Positions 6,103 through 15,498 of a DNA stretch of 32,000 bases are shown in pieces. Where the stretch lies: the NCBI RefSeq assembly GCF_000008465.1, contig NC_006512.1:690001-722000 (forward strand), in the 5' to 3' direction. Source of the stretch: Idiomarina loihiensis L2TR. Its GTDB lineage: Bacteria; Pseudomonadota; Gammaproteobacteria; Enterobacterales; Alteromonadaceae. The notes below the pieces were generated by a model. That model did not search any database, had not been told where the DNA came from, and was given only the letters and a program-made list of their open reading frames with translations. A program made the translations under genes and the position numbers. Numbering within the stretch: position 1 is the first letter of the stretch; each line of letters opens with the position of its first letter.

Positions 6103-8085
6103 GTGAATACCGAAAACTACTCTCAAACCGCTTCCTTTATCTGGTCGGTGGCAGACCTGCTGCGTGGGCATTTCAAACAATCTCAGTACGGACGGGTGAT
6201 ATTGCCCTTTACCCTTTTACGTCGCTTAGAGTGCGTTTTAGCGCCGAATAAACAAAAGGTACTAGAAGCCGCAAAACAGCACCAGAACAAACCCGACGCA
6301 GTGCGTGAGCAGTTATTGCTACGCGAGTCACAGAACGACTTCTACAACGCTTCGTCTTTGACTCTGGCAACCTTGTCAGATACTCAAACAGCGGAAGACT
6401 TAATCTCTTACGTACAGTCATTTAGCAGCTCTGCCCGTGAGATATTCGAGCACTTTAACTTTGAAGAGTTTGTGCTGAAACTGGCTGAAGCTGACCTTCT
6501 GTATCAGATCACTCAGCAATTCGGCTCTAAGATAGACTTATCAACCGACAATATCTCTAACTACGGCATGGGCCTTATCTTTGAAGAGCTCATCCGCAAG
6601 TTTGCTGAAAGCTCAAACGAGACCGCCGGTGAGCACTTTACCCCACGTGACTGTGTGCATGCAGCAACCTCGTTATTGATGACTGGCCAGGAAGAAGTGC
6701 TTTCACCTAACAGCATCATTACCATTTATGATCCAACGGCAGGCACCGGTGGCTTCCTGTCAGAATCTGAAGAGTATATTCAGTCCATCAGTGAAAAGGT
6801 TACCGTTAAGCTGTTTGGCCAGGAGCTCAATTCAGAGTCCTATGCCATCTGCAAAGCAGACATGATGATCAAAAGCCAGGAAGTCGACAATATAAAGCTG
6901 GGTAACACGCTGTCGAACGATCAGCTGGCGCATGAAAAATTTAAATACATGCTGGCAAACCCACCATTTGGCGTCGACTGGAAAGCCTCACAACGTGTCG
7001 TTAACGACGAGCACAAAGTAAAAGGCTTCGATGGTCGCTTTGGTCCAGGATTACCCCGTGTTTCTGACGGTTCACTGCTTTTTTTGTTGCATCTGGTCAG
7101 CAAAATGCGGGACACACGTAATGGTGGCTCGCGTATCGGTATTATCTTAAACGGCAGTCCGTTGTTTACCGGCTCTGCAGGCAGTGGTGAATCGGAAATC
7201 CGTCGTTACCTGCTGCAAAATGATTTGGTCGAAGCCATCGTTGCCCTTCCCTCGGATATGTTCTTTAACACCGGCATCAGTACCTATATCTGGATCTTAT
7301 CCAATGCGAAAAAGCCGGAGCGTAAAGGCAAGCTACAGTTGATTGACGGCAGTGACGCCTTTGCCAAAATGCGTAAATCACTCGGCAGCAAGCGCAAATA
7401 CCTAACCGAAGAAAACATCAACGAGTTGGTGCGTTTATACGGTGCCGTGGAGGAAACCAAAAACAGTAAAGTCTTCCCTAACGAAGCCTTTGGTTACCGC
7501 CGTGTCACCATCGAACGACCGTTACGGCTTAACTTCCAGGCTAGTGAAGAACGTGTCGCTCGGTTAGATGACGAAAAGGCATTGCAAAAGCTTAAAGCCG
7601 AAGACTTTAGCCAACTGAAACAGGCCATTCAGCAAATTGACGCTGATACCCTGTTCATTAATCGTGATGACTTTACTAGAACACTAAACGCCCAACTAAA
7701 AGTAAGCGACTTAAATCTAACCGCCGCACAACTAAAAGCTGTGCTCAATGCCTTGAGCGAGCGCGACAGCGACGCTGATGTCTGTGCCGACAAAAAAGGT
7801 AATCCAGAAGCTGATTCCGGCTTACGCGACTACGAGAACGTACCGCTGACAGACGACATATACGAATACTTTGAGCGTGACGTCAAACCGCACGTACCTG
7901 ACGCCTGGATAGACGAGAGCAAGCGCGACGAGCAAGACGGCGAAATCGGTATCGTGGGCTTTGAAATTCCGTTCAACCGTCACTTTTATGTGTTCGAGCC
8001 CCCTCGCCCACTCGAGGAGATCGACGCAGACCTCAAGCAATGCACCGACAAGATCAAGCAGATGATTGAGGAGCTGTCGGCGTGA
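6103..8085 (+). CDS. hsdM: Type I restriction-modification system, DNA methyltransferase subunit M (N6-adenine)
   Basis: HsdM N-terminal motif (FIWSVADLLRG), the SAM motif (YDPTAGTGGF) and the catalytic NPPFG motif. GTG start. 4-nt overlap with hsdS. Confidence 0.93.
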   Translation: MNTENYSQTASFIWSVADLLRGHFKQSQYGRVILPFTLLRRLECVLAPNKQKVLEAAKQHQNKPDAVREQLLLRESQNDFYNASSLTLATLSDTQTAEDLISYVQSFSSSAREIFEHFNFEEFVLKLAEADLLYQITQQFGSKIDLSTDNISNYGMGLIFEELIRKFAESSNETAGEHFTPRDCVHAATSLLMTGQEEVLSPNSIITIYDPTAGTGGFLSESEEYIQSISEKVTVKLFGQELNSESYAICKADMMIKSQEVDNIKLGNTLSNDQLAHEKFKYMLANPPFGVDWKASQRVVNDEHKVKGFDGRFGPGLPRVSDGSLLFLLHLVSKMRDTRNGGSRIGIILNGSPLFTGSAGSGESEIRRYLLQNDLVEAIVALPSDMFFNTGISTYIWILSNAKKPERKGKLQLIDGSDAFAKMRKSLGSKRKYLTEENINELVRLYGAVEETKNSKVFPNEAFGYRRVTIERPLRLNFQASEERVARLDDEKALQKLKAEDFSQLKQAIQQIDADTLFINRDDFTRTLNAQLKVSDLNLTAAQLKAVLNALSERDSDADVCADKKGNPEADSGLRDYENVPLTDDIYEYFERDVKPHVPDAWIDESKRDEQDGEIGIVGFEIPFNRHFYVFEPPRPLEEIDADLKQCTDKIKQMIEELSA

Positions 8086-9428
8086 ATAAACCTATTCATG
8101 AATCAGAAACTCGAACAGTTCGAGACCTAAAAGAGTTACTTCCAGAACGTTGGAAACTCATTAAGTTAAAGTTAGTTTGCAACATTGAGACGGGGTTTGC
8201 ATTTCCTTCAGAGGTTTTTGGCGAAACCGGTACTCCAGTTATTAGGATTACAGATATAAAAAATAGAGAAATTAACTTATCTGAAATTAAGCGTGTCGAT
8301 GACCTGCTCCTAAAATCAAAGCCAAAACGCCCAAGCGTAAATAAAGGCGATATCATCATGGCAATGACAGGTGCCACCATTGGTAAGGTTGGATATTACA
8401 ATAGCGACAAACCTAGTTATTTAAATCAACGTGTGTGTCGGTTCATTCCAGCAAGTATTGATAGAGGATACCTTTGGCACACGTTAAATAGCGAAATCTA
8501 TAAAAAATACATCGAACTCGAAGCGTTTGGGGGGGCACAGGCCAACATATCTGACTCCCAACTACTGAACTTTCCGGCTCCGCTGCCAGAATTAGAGGCA
8601 GAACAACAAAAAATAGCCCAGTTCCTCGACTACGAAACGGCAAAAATTGATGCACTGATTGACGAGCAAAAGCGGTTGATTGAGTTGCTTAAAGAAAAGC
8701 GTCAGGCGGTTATCAGTCATGCAGTTACCAAAGGGCTTAACCCAGACGCACCGATGAAAGACTCTGGTATTGAGTGGCTTGGAGAAGTTCCTGAGCACTG
8801 GGAAATTAAAAAGCTAAAGTTCTGTTCTCGCATGCTAAGTGATAAAGGTAAAGACAATACAAACGCGATTAGTCTCGAAAATATCGAGAATGGAACCGGT
8901 GCTTTTATCAAAACTGAGTCTAACTTTGATCAAGAGGGTGTTTTATTTGAACCACTGGATATTTTATTCGGAAAGCTTAGACCTTACCTGGCAAAAGTCT
9001 ATCTAGCTAGAGAGCATGGCTCTGCTCTAGGTGATATTCTTGTTTTCAGAGCAAATAAAGATATAAGCCCAGAATTCTTATTCTTTAGATTGATTTCACA
9101 GGAATTTATTAGACAAGTGGATCAATCAAGCTACGGTAGTAAGATGCCAAGAGCCAATCCTGAGTTGATAAAAAGTCTGCAGATTGCTGTGCCACCAATC
9201 GAAGAGCAAGTAAAAGTTTCTGACTACTTAGCCAACCTACAGTTTAACAAAATAATGCCTTCGGTTATTAACGCATCATCTCTAGTAAAACTGCTTGAAG
9301 AACGCCGTTCAGCGCTAATCTCAGCTGCCGTTACCGGCAAAATTGATGTGCGCGACTGGCAACCGCCTGCAGGTTCCGATACAGTGGATTCAAACGCGTC
9401 AGTGCAAACGGAGAGGCATTATGGCTGA
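8082..9428 (+). CDS. hsdS: Type I restriction-modification system, specificity subunit S (two TRDs)
   Basis: Two variable regions are separated by the conserved central helix (EQQKIAQFLDYETAKIDALIDEQKRLIELLKEKRQAVISHAVTKGL), with a matching C-terminal conserved helix (LLEERRSALISAAVTGKIDVRDW). Confidence 0.9.
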   Translation: MNKPIHESETRTVRDLKELLPERWKLIKLKLVCNIETGFAFPSEVFGETGTPVIRITDIKNREINLSEIKRVDDLLLKSKPKRPSVNKGDIIMAMTGATIGKVGYYNSDKPSYLNQRVCRFIPASIDRGYLWHTLNSEIYKKYIELEAFGGAQANISDSQLLNFPAPLPELEAEQQKIAQFLDYETAKIDALIDEQKRLIELLKEKRQAVISHAVTKGLNPDAPMKDSGIEWLGEVPEHWEIKKLKFCSRMLSDKGKDNTNAISLENIENGTGAFIKTESNFDQEGVLFEPLDILFGKLRPYLAKVYLAREHGSALGDILVFRANKDISPEFLFFRLISQEFIRQVDQSSYGSKMPRANPELIKSLQIAVPPIEEQVKVSDYLANLQFNKIMPSVINASSLVKLLEERRSALISAAVTGKIDVRDWQPPAGSDTVDSNASVQTERHYG

Positions 9429-12400
9429 CACCAAAGAGCGTCAGTTTCAGACGGACATACTTAACAGCCTGGAAAAAGACGGCTGGTTAATTGGCTCCGC
9501 AGCTAATTATGATAAAGCCAACGCGGTGTATACCGAAGACTTAATCGATTTCGTGAAAGACGCCTATCCTGACCGTTGGGAGCGCTTTTGTAAGTCTAAC
9601 CCCGGTGACCCGGAAAAACTTTTAGTTCACGCCGCCGTTAAAGGCATGACCCGCGACGGCGCACTTCACGTGTTGCGTCACGGCTTTAAAGCCATTGGCG
9701 GCACGATTAAAGTCTGCGCCTTTCGCCCCGACCATGGCATGAACCCCGATACTGAGCGCCGCTATCAGGCCAATCGCTTGCGAGTGGTTGAGGAAGTCTC
9801 CTACTCGCCCCATGCCCACGAAGGCGACTATAACCCACGCATCGACCTGGTATTTTTTGTCAACGGCATTCCAACCGCCACCATGGAGCTAAAAAGCGAG
9901 TTTAAGCAGACCGTTGAACACGCCAAGCGCCAGTATAAATTCGACCGTCCAGTTAAAGACCCTGTGACCCGCAAGCCAGAGCCGTTATTAACGTTCAAGC
10001 GCGGTGCACTGGTGCATTTTGCGGTCAGTCAGGACGAAGTGGCTATGACCACCAAGTTAGCCGGTAAGGAAACTTTCTTTTTACCATTTAACTTAGGAAA
10101 AGAAGACGGCGCTGCCGGTAACCCGCAATCGACATCTGAAAATAGCTACGCCACCAGTTACCTGTGGGAACGGCTGTTGAATAAAGACGCCTGGCTAAAA
10201 GTCATCGGCCGCTTTATGCACCTGGAAGTTGAAGAAAAAGAAAACTTCGACGGGCGCACACAGAAAAAAGAAACGCTGATATTCCCCCGCTACCATCAGT
10301 GGGACGTAGTGAATCAGCTTATCGATACCACACGCCGTGAAGGCCCCGGCAGTAAGTATCTTATTCAGCATAGTGCAGGCTCGGGCAAATCCAATTCAAT
10401 TGCCTGGACAGCTCACCAGCTATCATCGCTCTACGCTGACGACGGCTCTAAGCTGTTTAACTCCATTGTGGTGGTCACCGACCGCACGGTACTCGATTCG
10501 CAGTTACAAAACACCATTCGGCAATTTGAGCACGCCGACGGTGTGGTGCGGGCCATTACCCGCGATGTCGGCAATAAAAGTAAGTCTGAACAGCTAGCAG
10601 AAGCGTTGCAGGAGCAGGTTCGCATTATTGTCGTGACCATCCAGACCTTCCCAGCGTTGTACGATGCCATTGATAAGTACCCTGCTCTGCAAGCCGGTAA
10701 TTACGCGATCATTGCGGACGAAGCCCATTCGTCACAAACCGGTGCATCTGCCAGTAAGCTAAAAGCACTGCTAGGCTCTGACCGTCCTGAAGGCGATGAT
10801 ATCAGCGCTGAAGAGCTGTTAGACGCCGCCGTTCAGGCGCGGATGCCAAACGAGCGTATCAGCTACTACGCATTTACCGCGACACCAAAAGGTAAAACTC
10901 TTGAACTGTTCGGTCGTCCGGATGACCCACATTCGCCCATTAGCGACGACAACAAGCCCAAAGCGTTTCATGTGTATTCTATGCGTCAGGCCATTGAAGA
11001 AGGCTTTATCCTTGATGTCCTAAAAAACTACACCACCTACGCCACAGCCTGGAAGATTGCTCACCCCGAGGGTGAGGACAAAGAAGTCGACAGTAAAAAG
11101 GCACGCATTAAGCTGGCTAAGTGGGTTCGGTTGCATCCTTACAACATCAACCAGCGCGTTGAAATCATCGTCGAGCATTTTCGGGAAAACGTCCGTCATT
11201 TGCTAAACGGCCAGGCCAAAGCCATGGTCGTCACCGGCAGCCGACAGGAAGCAGTACGTTATCAGCTAGCGATGACCAGTTACATTATCGAGAAAGGCTA
11301 CCAGGACGTGCATGCTCTGGTGGCTTTCTCCGGTGAGGTTCCGGCGGATGATTACATTACCGAGAGCGTGACCGAGTACGACAAAAAATTAAACCCAGGC
11401 TTAAATGGCCGCAAGCACGATAAAGCGCTCGACTCCGACGACTTTAACGTGATGATTGTGGCCAATAAGTACCAGACCGGTTTTGACCAACCTAAACTGT
11501 GCGCGATGTACGTTGATAAGAAGCTACAAGGCGTTGAATGTGTGCAAACGCTGTCGCGTTTAAACCGTACCTTTCCGGGTAAAGACCAGACCTTCGTGCT
11601 CGACTTCTTTAACAGCGAAGAAGACATACTGGAGTCATTCAAGCCCTATTACACGACCGCAGAGCTTGATTCAGTGACCGACCCGCACATTCTGTTCGAC
11701 ATTATGAGCAAGCTCGATGAAGAGCATATTTATGAATGGTCGGAAGTGGAGAAATTTGCCGAGGCGTTCTATGACCCGAATGCGCCTGCCTCGAAACTAG
11801 GTTATTACTGTAAACCCGCCAAAGAGCGCTTCATGGCACGGTATAACCTTGCCGTTGATACGCTAAAGCAAGCTAAAGATATGCTGAACCAGGCTCGGGT
11901 TTCAGGTGATAAGGTTAGCATTAATAAAGCCGAGGACTCGGTTAAAGCCGCCGGTGAAATGGTCGACCAACTCGACCTGTTCAAAAAGAATCTGAACAGT
12001 TACGTGCGGATGTACGAGTTCTTGTCGCAGATAACGCCGTACAACGACCATGAGCTCGAGTCGCTGTGCGTTTATGCCAAGAGTCTACTCCCGCTACTTC
12101 GGGTCGAACGCTTGGACGATGAAGATGATGTCGATATATCCGGAATGACACTGACGCATTACCGCACAACCAAGAAAGCTGAAAAGGAATTGAAGCTGGG
12201 TGAAGAAGACGGTGGCTACCTAAGCTCAGTTAAAGCCGTTGGCAGTGGCAAACCACACGATCCTGAAAAGAAAAAGCTGCAGGAGATCATCGATGCCTTG
12301 AACGACCTATTTGGTGCAGAAGTTGGTGACGAGCACAAACTTCGTTACGCCGAAGGTATAGCCGGACGCTTACGTGAAGACGATGAAATCATGGCTCAGG

Positions 12401-12597
12401 TCAACAAGCACTCAGAAAACGAAGTCATGCATGGCCTACTGCCACAGCGTCTATTAGACCGAGTTGTTGATTCGATGGATGATCACGAAAAGCTGTCGAT
12501 GGAAGTGCTCGAAAATCCTGCTGTGCGGGATGGCTTTGCGAGGTTGATATTGAAGATGTTGGTTAGTTCCTCTACCACCGAGCCTAAAGGAATATAA
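9421..12597 (+). CDS. hsdR: Type I restriction enzyme, R subunit (helicase/endonuclease), 1058 aa
   Basis: N-terminal nuclease region (IDLVFFVNGIPTATMELK) and SF2 helicase motifs (HSAGSGKS, IIADEAHSSQ, TATP, QTGFD, QTLSRLNR). The ATG at 9421 overlaps the hsdS stop (ATGGCTGA). The ORF-track start at 9343 lies inside hsdS. Confidence 0.93.
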   Translation: MADTKERQFQTDILNSLEKDGWLIGSAANYDKANAVYTEDLIDFVKDAYPDRWERFCKSNPGDPEKLLVHAAVKGMTRDGALHVLRHGFKAIGGTIKVCAFRPDHGMNPDTERRYQANRLRVVEEVSYSPHAHEGDYNPRIDLVFFVNGIPTATMELKSEFKQTVEHAKRQYKFDRPVKDPVTRKPEPLLTFKRGALVHFAVSQDEVAMTTKLAGKETFFLPFNLGKEDGAAGNPQSTSENSYATSYLWERLLNKDAWLKVIGRFMHLEVEEKENFDGRTQKKETLIFPRYHQWDVVNQLIDTTRREGPGSKYLIQHSAGSGKSNSIAWTAHQLSSLYADDGSKLFNSIVVVTDRTVLDSQLQNTIRQFEHADGVVRAITRDVGNKSKSEQLAEALQEQVRIIVVTIQTFPALYDAIDKYPALQAGNYAIIADEAHSSQTGASASKLKALLGSDRPEGDDISAEELLDAAVQARMPNERISYYAFTATPKGKTLELFGRPDDPHSPISDDNKPKAFHVYSMRQAIEEGFILDVLKNYTTYATAWKIAHPEGEDKEVDSKKARIKLAKWVRLHPYNINQRVEIIVEHFRENVRHLLNGQAKAMVVTGSRQEAVRYQLAMTSYIIEKGYQDVHALVAFSGEVPADDYITESVTEYDKKLNPGLNGRKHDKALDSDDFNVMIVANKYQTGFDQPKLCAMYVDKKLQGVECVQTLSRLNRTFPGKDQTFVLDFFNSEEDILESFKPYYTTAELDSVTDPHILFDIMSKLDEEHIYEWSEVEKFAEAFYDPNAPASKLGYYCKPAKERFMARYNLAVDTLKQAKDMLNQARVSGDKVSINKAEDSVKAAGEMVDQLDLFKKNLNSYVRMYEFLSQITPYNDHELESLCVYAKSLLPLLRVERLDDEDDVDISGMTLTHYRTTKKAEKELKLGEEDGGYLSSVKAVGSGKPHDPEKKKLQEIIDALNDLFGAEVGDEHKLRYAEGIAGRLREDDEIMAQVNKHSENEVMHGLLPQRLLDRVVDSMDDHEKLSMEVLENPAVRDGFARLILKMLVSSSTTEPKGI

Positions 12598-12599
12598 CT

Positions 12600-13499
12600 A
12601 TGTCGATAGGAAGCTCGGTTACTGGTTTCTTTGAACAGATCATTAACCCAATAAAAGAAAGACTCAGTAGTCCGCTTGGTAGTGCATTTGCGGCTTTCTG
12701 GTTAGCATTTAATTGGCACATTATTTACTACTTTTTAATGTCCAATGATTCAGTTGATCATAAAATCACTTTCATCAAGACAACGATGTACAGCATCGAT
12801 AGCGGACTCATATTCCCTCTTATATGGGCCACCGGTTTCTGCCTAGTTTTCCCACTTTTAAAGAACATAGCTAATACGGTATGGTCTTTAAGCGATAATT
12901 GGTCGTCTCAATTCAGCGGCTTTGTCCTTAAAAACTCAACTCGACTAACAAAAGAAGAGCAAGAACAACATTTAGCCCTTTTAGAAGAAAGGACACAGGA
13001 GCATCAAGCAGCGGTTGATAGCTACAAGAGGGAAATATCCGAATTAAAAGGCCTTCTTAAAAAAGTAGATGCTTTAAAAAGTCATGATGCAAAAAGTAAT
13101 GGTTCGGAAATGGAATCTGAGCGTACTGAACAAGCAGATCCTGATGAAGTAACAAGCTCTGAACTTATCCAAATAATAAAGTCTACTGATGGGTCACACA
13201 GACTAAAAAAATATCTAGCTCAACAGCTTCTGCTAAATGTAGATAATCAGATTCATAAGAAAGAGTTACAACGTTATGAAGCTATTATTGAGCTGTTAGC
13301 CAAAGAGCATCCTCACGGATGGGTAATAACTGATATAACGGCTCCAAGCAATCAGAGAACATCTGTACATGCCGTGAAAGCCGACATTGAAAAAATGTCT
13401 ATGGCGGGAATTGCTGAGGTTGATGATACAAGGGAGAAAAGCAAAGCTTTTCTCTCCCACGATACTGTTAACTTTATCGTTAACTCGATAGACGAATAA
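12600..13499 (+). CDS. Hypothetical membrane protein (2 predicted TM helices + coiled coil + C-terminal globular region), translationally coupled to hsdR
   Basis: The ATG is 2 nt after the hsdR stop. Hydrophobic segments are AFAAFWLAFNWHIIYYFLM and GLIFPLIWATGFCLVFPLL. A heptad-like charged region spans about aa 115-160. I recognise no family. Confidence 0.6.
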   Translation: MSIGSSVTGFFEQIINPIKERLSSPLGSAFAAFWLAFNWHIIYYFLMSNDSVDHKITFIKTTMYSIDSGLIFPLIWATGFCLVFPLLKNIANTVWSLSDNWSSQFSGFVLKNSTRLTKEEQEQHLALLEERTQEHQAAVDSYKREISELKGLLKKVDALKSHDAKSNGSEMESERTEQADPDEVTSSELIQIIKSTDGSHRLKKYLAQQLLLNVDNQIHKKELQRYEAIIELLAKEHPHGWVITDITAPSNQRTSVHAVKADIEKMSMAGIAEVDDTREKSKAFLSHDTVNFIVNSIDE

Positions 13500-13510
13500 T
13501 GATGGGACTC

Positions 13511-14071
13511 CTAAAGCTCCAGCTCCACAAAGTCCCTATCCACATCTTCTTGAGTAATTCCGATGTAACGCAACGTCACAGCCTCAGAGCTGTGGCGCAG
13601 CATCTTCATGACCCGGGCAATATCGTTGGTGTTTTTGTAAAGATGGTAGCCCCTGGTTTTTCGCATCGAATGCGTTCCCAAGTCAATACCAACCTCCTCG
13701 CCTATTGCCGCAAATGCACGCGATACATAACGACGACTTAATGGTTTTGCCGGTGTATTTTTAGACCGTTGGTTTCGATAAGACTGAAAGAGATAAATGT
13801 GGTCAGGACGTTCAGAGCGAATACGAGCGATGACCGCCCTCGCCTTTTCATTGAGTTTAATTGTCGCTAGCTTCGACGTTTTGCCTTCGACCAGCAACAG
13901 CCGGTCGTGCTCGATATTTTCAAACTTGATGGATAGTAAATCTGAGATCCGCAACGCCAGGTTCAAGCCAACATCCCATACGTCAGCAATTTGCTGCCCG
14001 TAAGTTCGTTTAAGAAGGTAGCTAATTAGCTTTACGGTATCCAGATTCTTAACCGCTTGTACTTCGGCCAT
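13511..14071 (-). CDS. Small tyrosine recombinase (phage-integrase catalytic domain only, 186 aa; FimB/FimE-sized)
   Basis: Catalytic residues in order: LALRISDL (Arg), GTHSMRKT (H-x-x-R), LRHSS (His) and TLRYIG (Tyr nucleophile). AAAGGAA SD upstream. Confidence 0.8.
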   Translation of the reverse strand: MAEVQAVKNLDTVKLISYLLKRTYGQQIADVWDVGLNLALRISDLLSIKFENIEHDRLLLVEGKTSKLATIKLNEKARAVIARIRSERPDHIYLFQSYRNQRSKNTPAKPLSRRYVSRAFAAIGEEVGIDLGTHSMRKTRGYHLYKNTNDIARVMKMLRHSSEAVTLRYIGITQEDVDRDFVELEL

Positions 14072-14319
14072 AATCTAGTTCCTTTTTTTCTGTAAAACGT
14101 GATTTTGAGTACTTAAAGGGGTATAAAGGGGTAAATAACCCGTTTTCAGTGGGTTTGCTTGTTCCCATTTCGTTATTTTGGGAACCTAGAACAACGGACT
14201 TGCAAGTGCTTGTCCCGGCACAATGATGTATACCTGAAAAATCGAGGCTTGAAACACACAACTATTTAATTCGTTAATCAGCCAGTAATTAGACATCAAT
14301 GGTTAAAGGAATAAGCAGA

Positions 14320-15432
14320 ATGTCAAACTCAGAAGCACAAGTTGAAAGCGAAGATGAAAACCAAGATATCGATATTGAAAAAGCGGCCAGAATAGCAAGA
14401 AGTAAAGCCAAGTTATTGGAGAACCTCAATGCTGGCAACTTTAAACAGTTAACAACAAGAGTTGCTCACATTCTCAACATTTTTCCAGAGAGCAGAAATA
14501 GTGATATCACATTAGCTCTTAGGTATTGGGAAACATACCAGCATGATGTTTTCGATGGCGAGCATATTGGCAAAAAGGACTTGTTTAAACTCGAAAGGCA
14601 AGTGGATATCACAAGAGCAAGGGCTAAAATTCAGAACGAATATAAGCTCTTTATGGCCAAAGACGAGATACGACGTCACCGGAAGAAAAATGAACGCGAA
14701 ATGGTTGAAAGCACCATTAATGATCAAGCCGCGACAATAAAACAAACGCATGTGTTTTCTGACGAAAGCGGTAAGACACAGGATTTCTTTGTTGTTGGTT
14801 CAATTTGGGTATTGGAAGCAAAACAGTTAGTTTTTCTGACACAAAAGATTGAGCAGTGGAAAGTTGATAATGGGCTCCAAGGTAAAGAGATTCACTTCAA
14901 AAGAATCAAGAATGGTGATTTTAATAGGTTTAAAAGCTTAGTAGATTTAATCAGTGCCAACTCAAGTTATTTAAGCTTTAAGTCTCTAACAGCAAAGAAC
15001 TCAGAGCTGAAACGAAGCCAGGCGGAAACACTTAATAAACTTCATGAAATTATACTTCACCGAGGAGTGGTTCACGAAGTAGAATCAAAAAGAATCTCAG
15101 GGAGCTCTTTGGTTAAAGTCACATTAGATGATGAAAGCTCTCTTGATCCTGTATCCTTGGAAGAACTAAAGCACAAAGTTGAAACTAAGTTAGCCGAGTC
15201 CGCGATGAATTCTGTAGGTTTAGCTGACATAACTACCGTTCCCTCTCAGCGGAGTATATTCATACAAATTGCTGACTTAATTGCCTCCTCAATTGGGAGA
15301 CGCCTGAATAATCCAGACGCTGAAACGGAAAAAGATAAAATTGCAAATTATTTGATTGACAGTCTGCAACTTAACTTGTCAAAACTATCAAGTTCCTCAG
15401 ATATAACTATTAGATTTAACCTTGGCAACTAA
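14320..15432 (+). CDS. DUF3800-like protein with an unassigned ~140-aa N-terminal extension (370 aa; alternative ATG at 14299)
   Basis: HVFSDESGK near the domain start, a central LDDES, and a C-terminal FIQIADLIASSIG match my recollection of the DUF3800 signature. AAAGGA upstream of the ATG at 14320. Confidence 0.6.
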   Translation: MSNSEAQVESEDENQDIDIEKAARIARSKAKLLENLNAGNFKQLTTRVAHILNIFPESRNSDITLALRYWETYQHDVFDGEHIGKKDLFKLERQVDITRARAKIQNEYKLFMAKDEIRRHRKKNEREMVESTINDQAATIKQTHVFSDESGKTQDFFVVGSIWVLEAKQLVFLTQKIEQWKVDNGLQGKEIHFKRIKNGDFNRFKSLVDLISANSSYLSFKSLTAKNSELKRSQAETLNKLHEIILHRGVVHEVESKRISGSSLVKVTLDDESSLDPVSLEELKHKVETKLAESAMNSVGLADITTVPSQRSIFIQIADLIASSIGRRLNNPDAETEKDKIANYLIDSLQLNLSKLSSSSDITIRFNLGN

Positions 15433-15498
15433 GCTAAGCCATCGGAGCAAACACAAACCCGAATCAATCAATAAGAAGCACCTTCTAGGAGAATAATT

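Noticed and set aside
9343-9420. ORF-track start of the hsdR frame at 9343 (adds 26 aa: MMCATGNRLQ...)
   Set aside because: This stretch lies inside the hsdS coding region. The ATG at 9421 overlaps the hsdS stop (ATGGCTGA), and the protein from there begins with a typical HsdR N-terminus (MADTKERQFQTDIL).
13499-13741. 80-aa plus-strand ORF, and other antisense ORFs overlapping annotated genes (e.g. 62-304, 911-1132, 1259-1618, 6209-6421, 10337-10670, 27667-27910, 29570-30366)
   Set aside because: All lie fully inside, and antisense or out of frame to, genes with strong family signatures. They lack SD sequences and have low-complexity or Arg/Cys-rich translations typical of spurious frames.
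8082-14071. Phase-variable (shufflon-type) Type I R-M driven by the adjacent small recombinase
   Set aside because: Only one complete hsdS is present. I found no silent or partial hsdS copies and no inverted hsdS repeats in the window. I keep only a weak hypothesis that the recombinase acts on something else.
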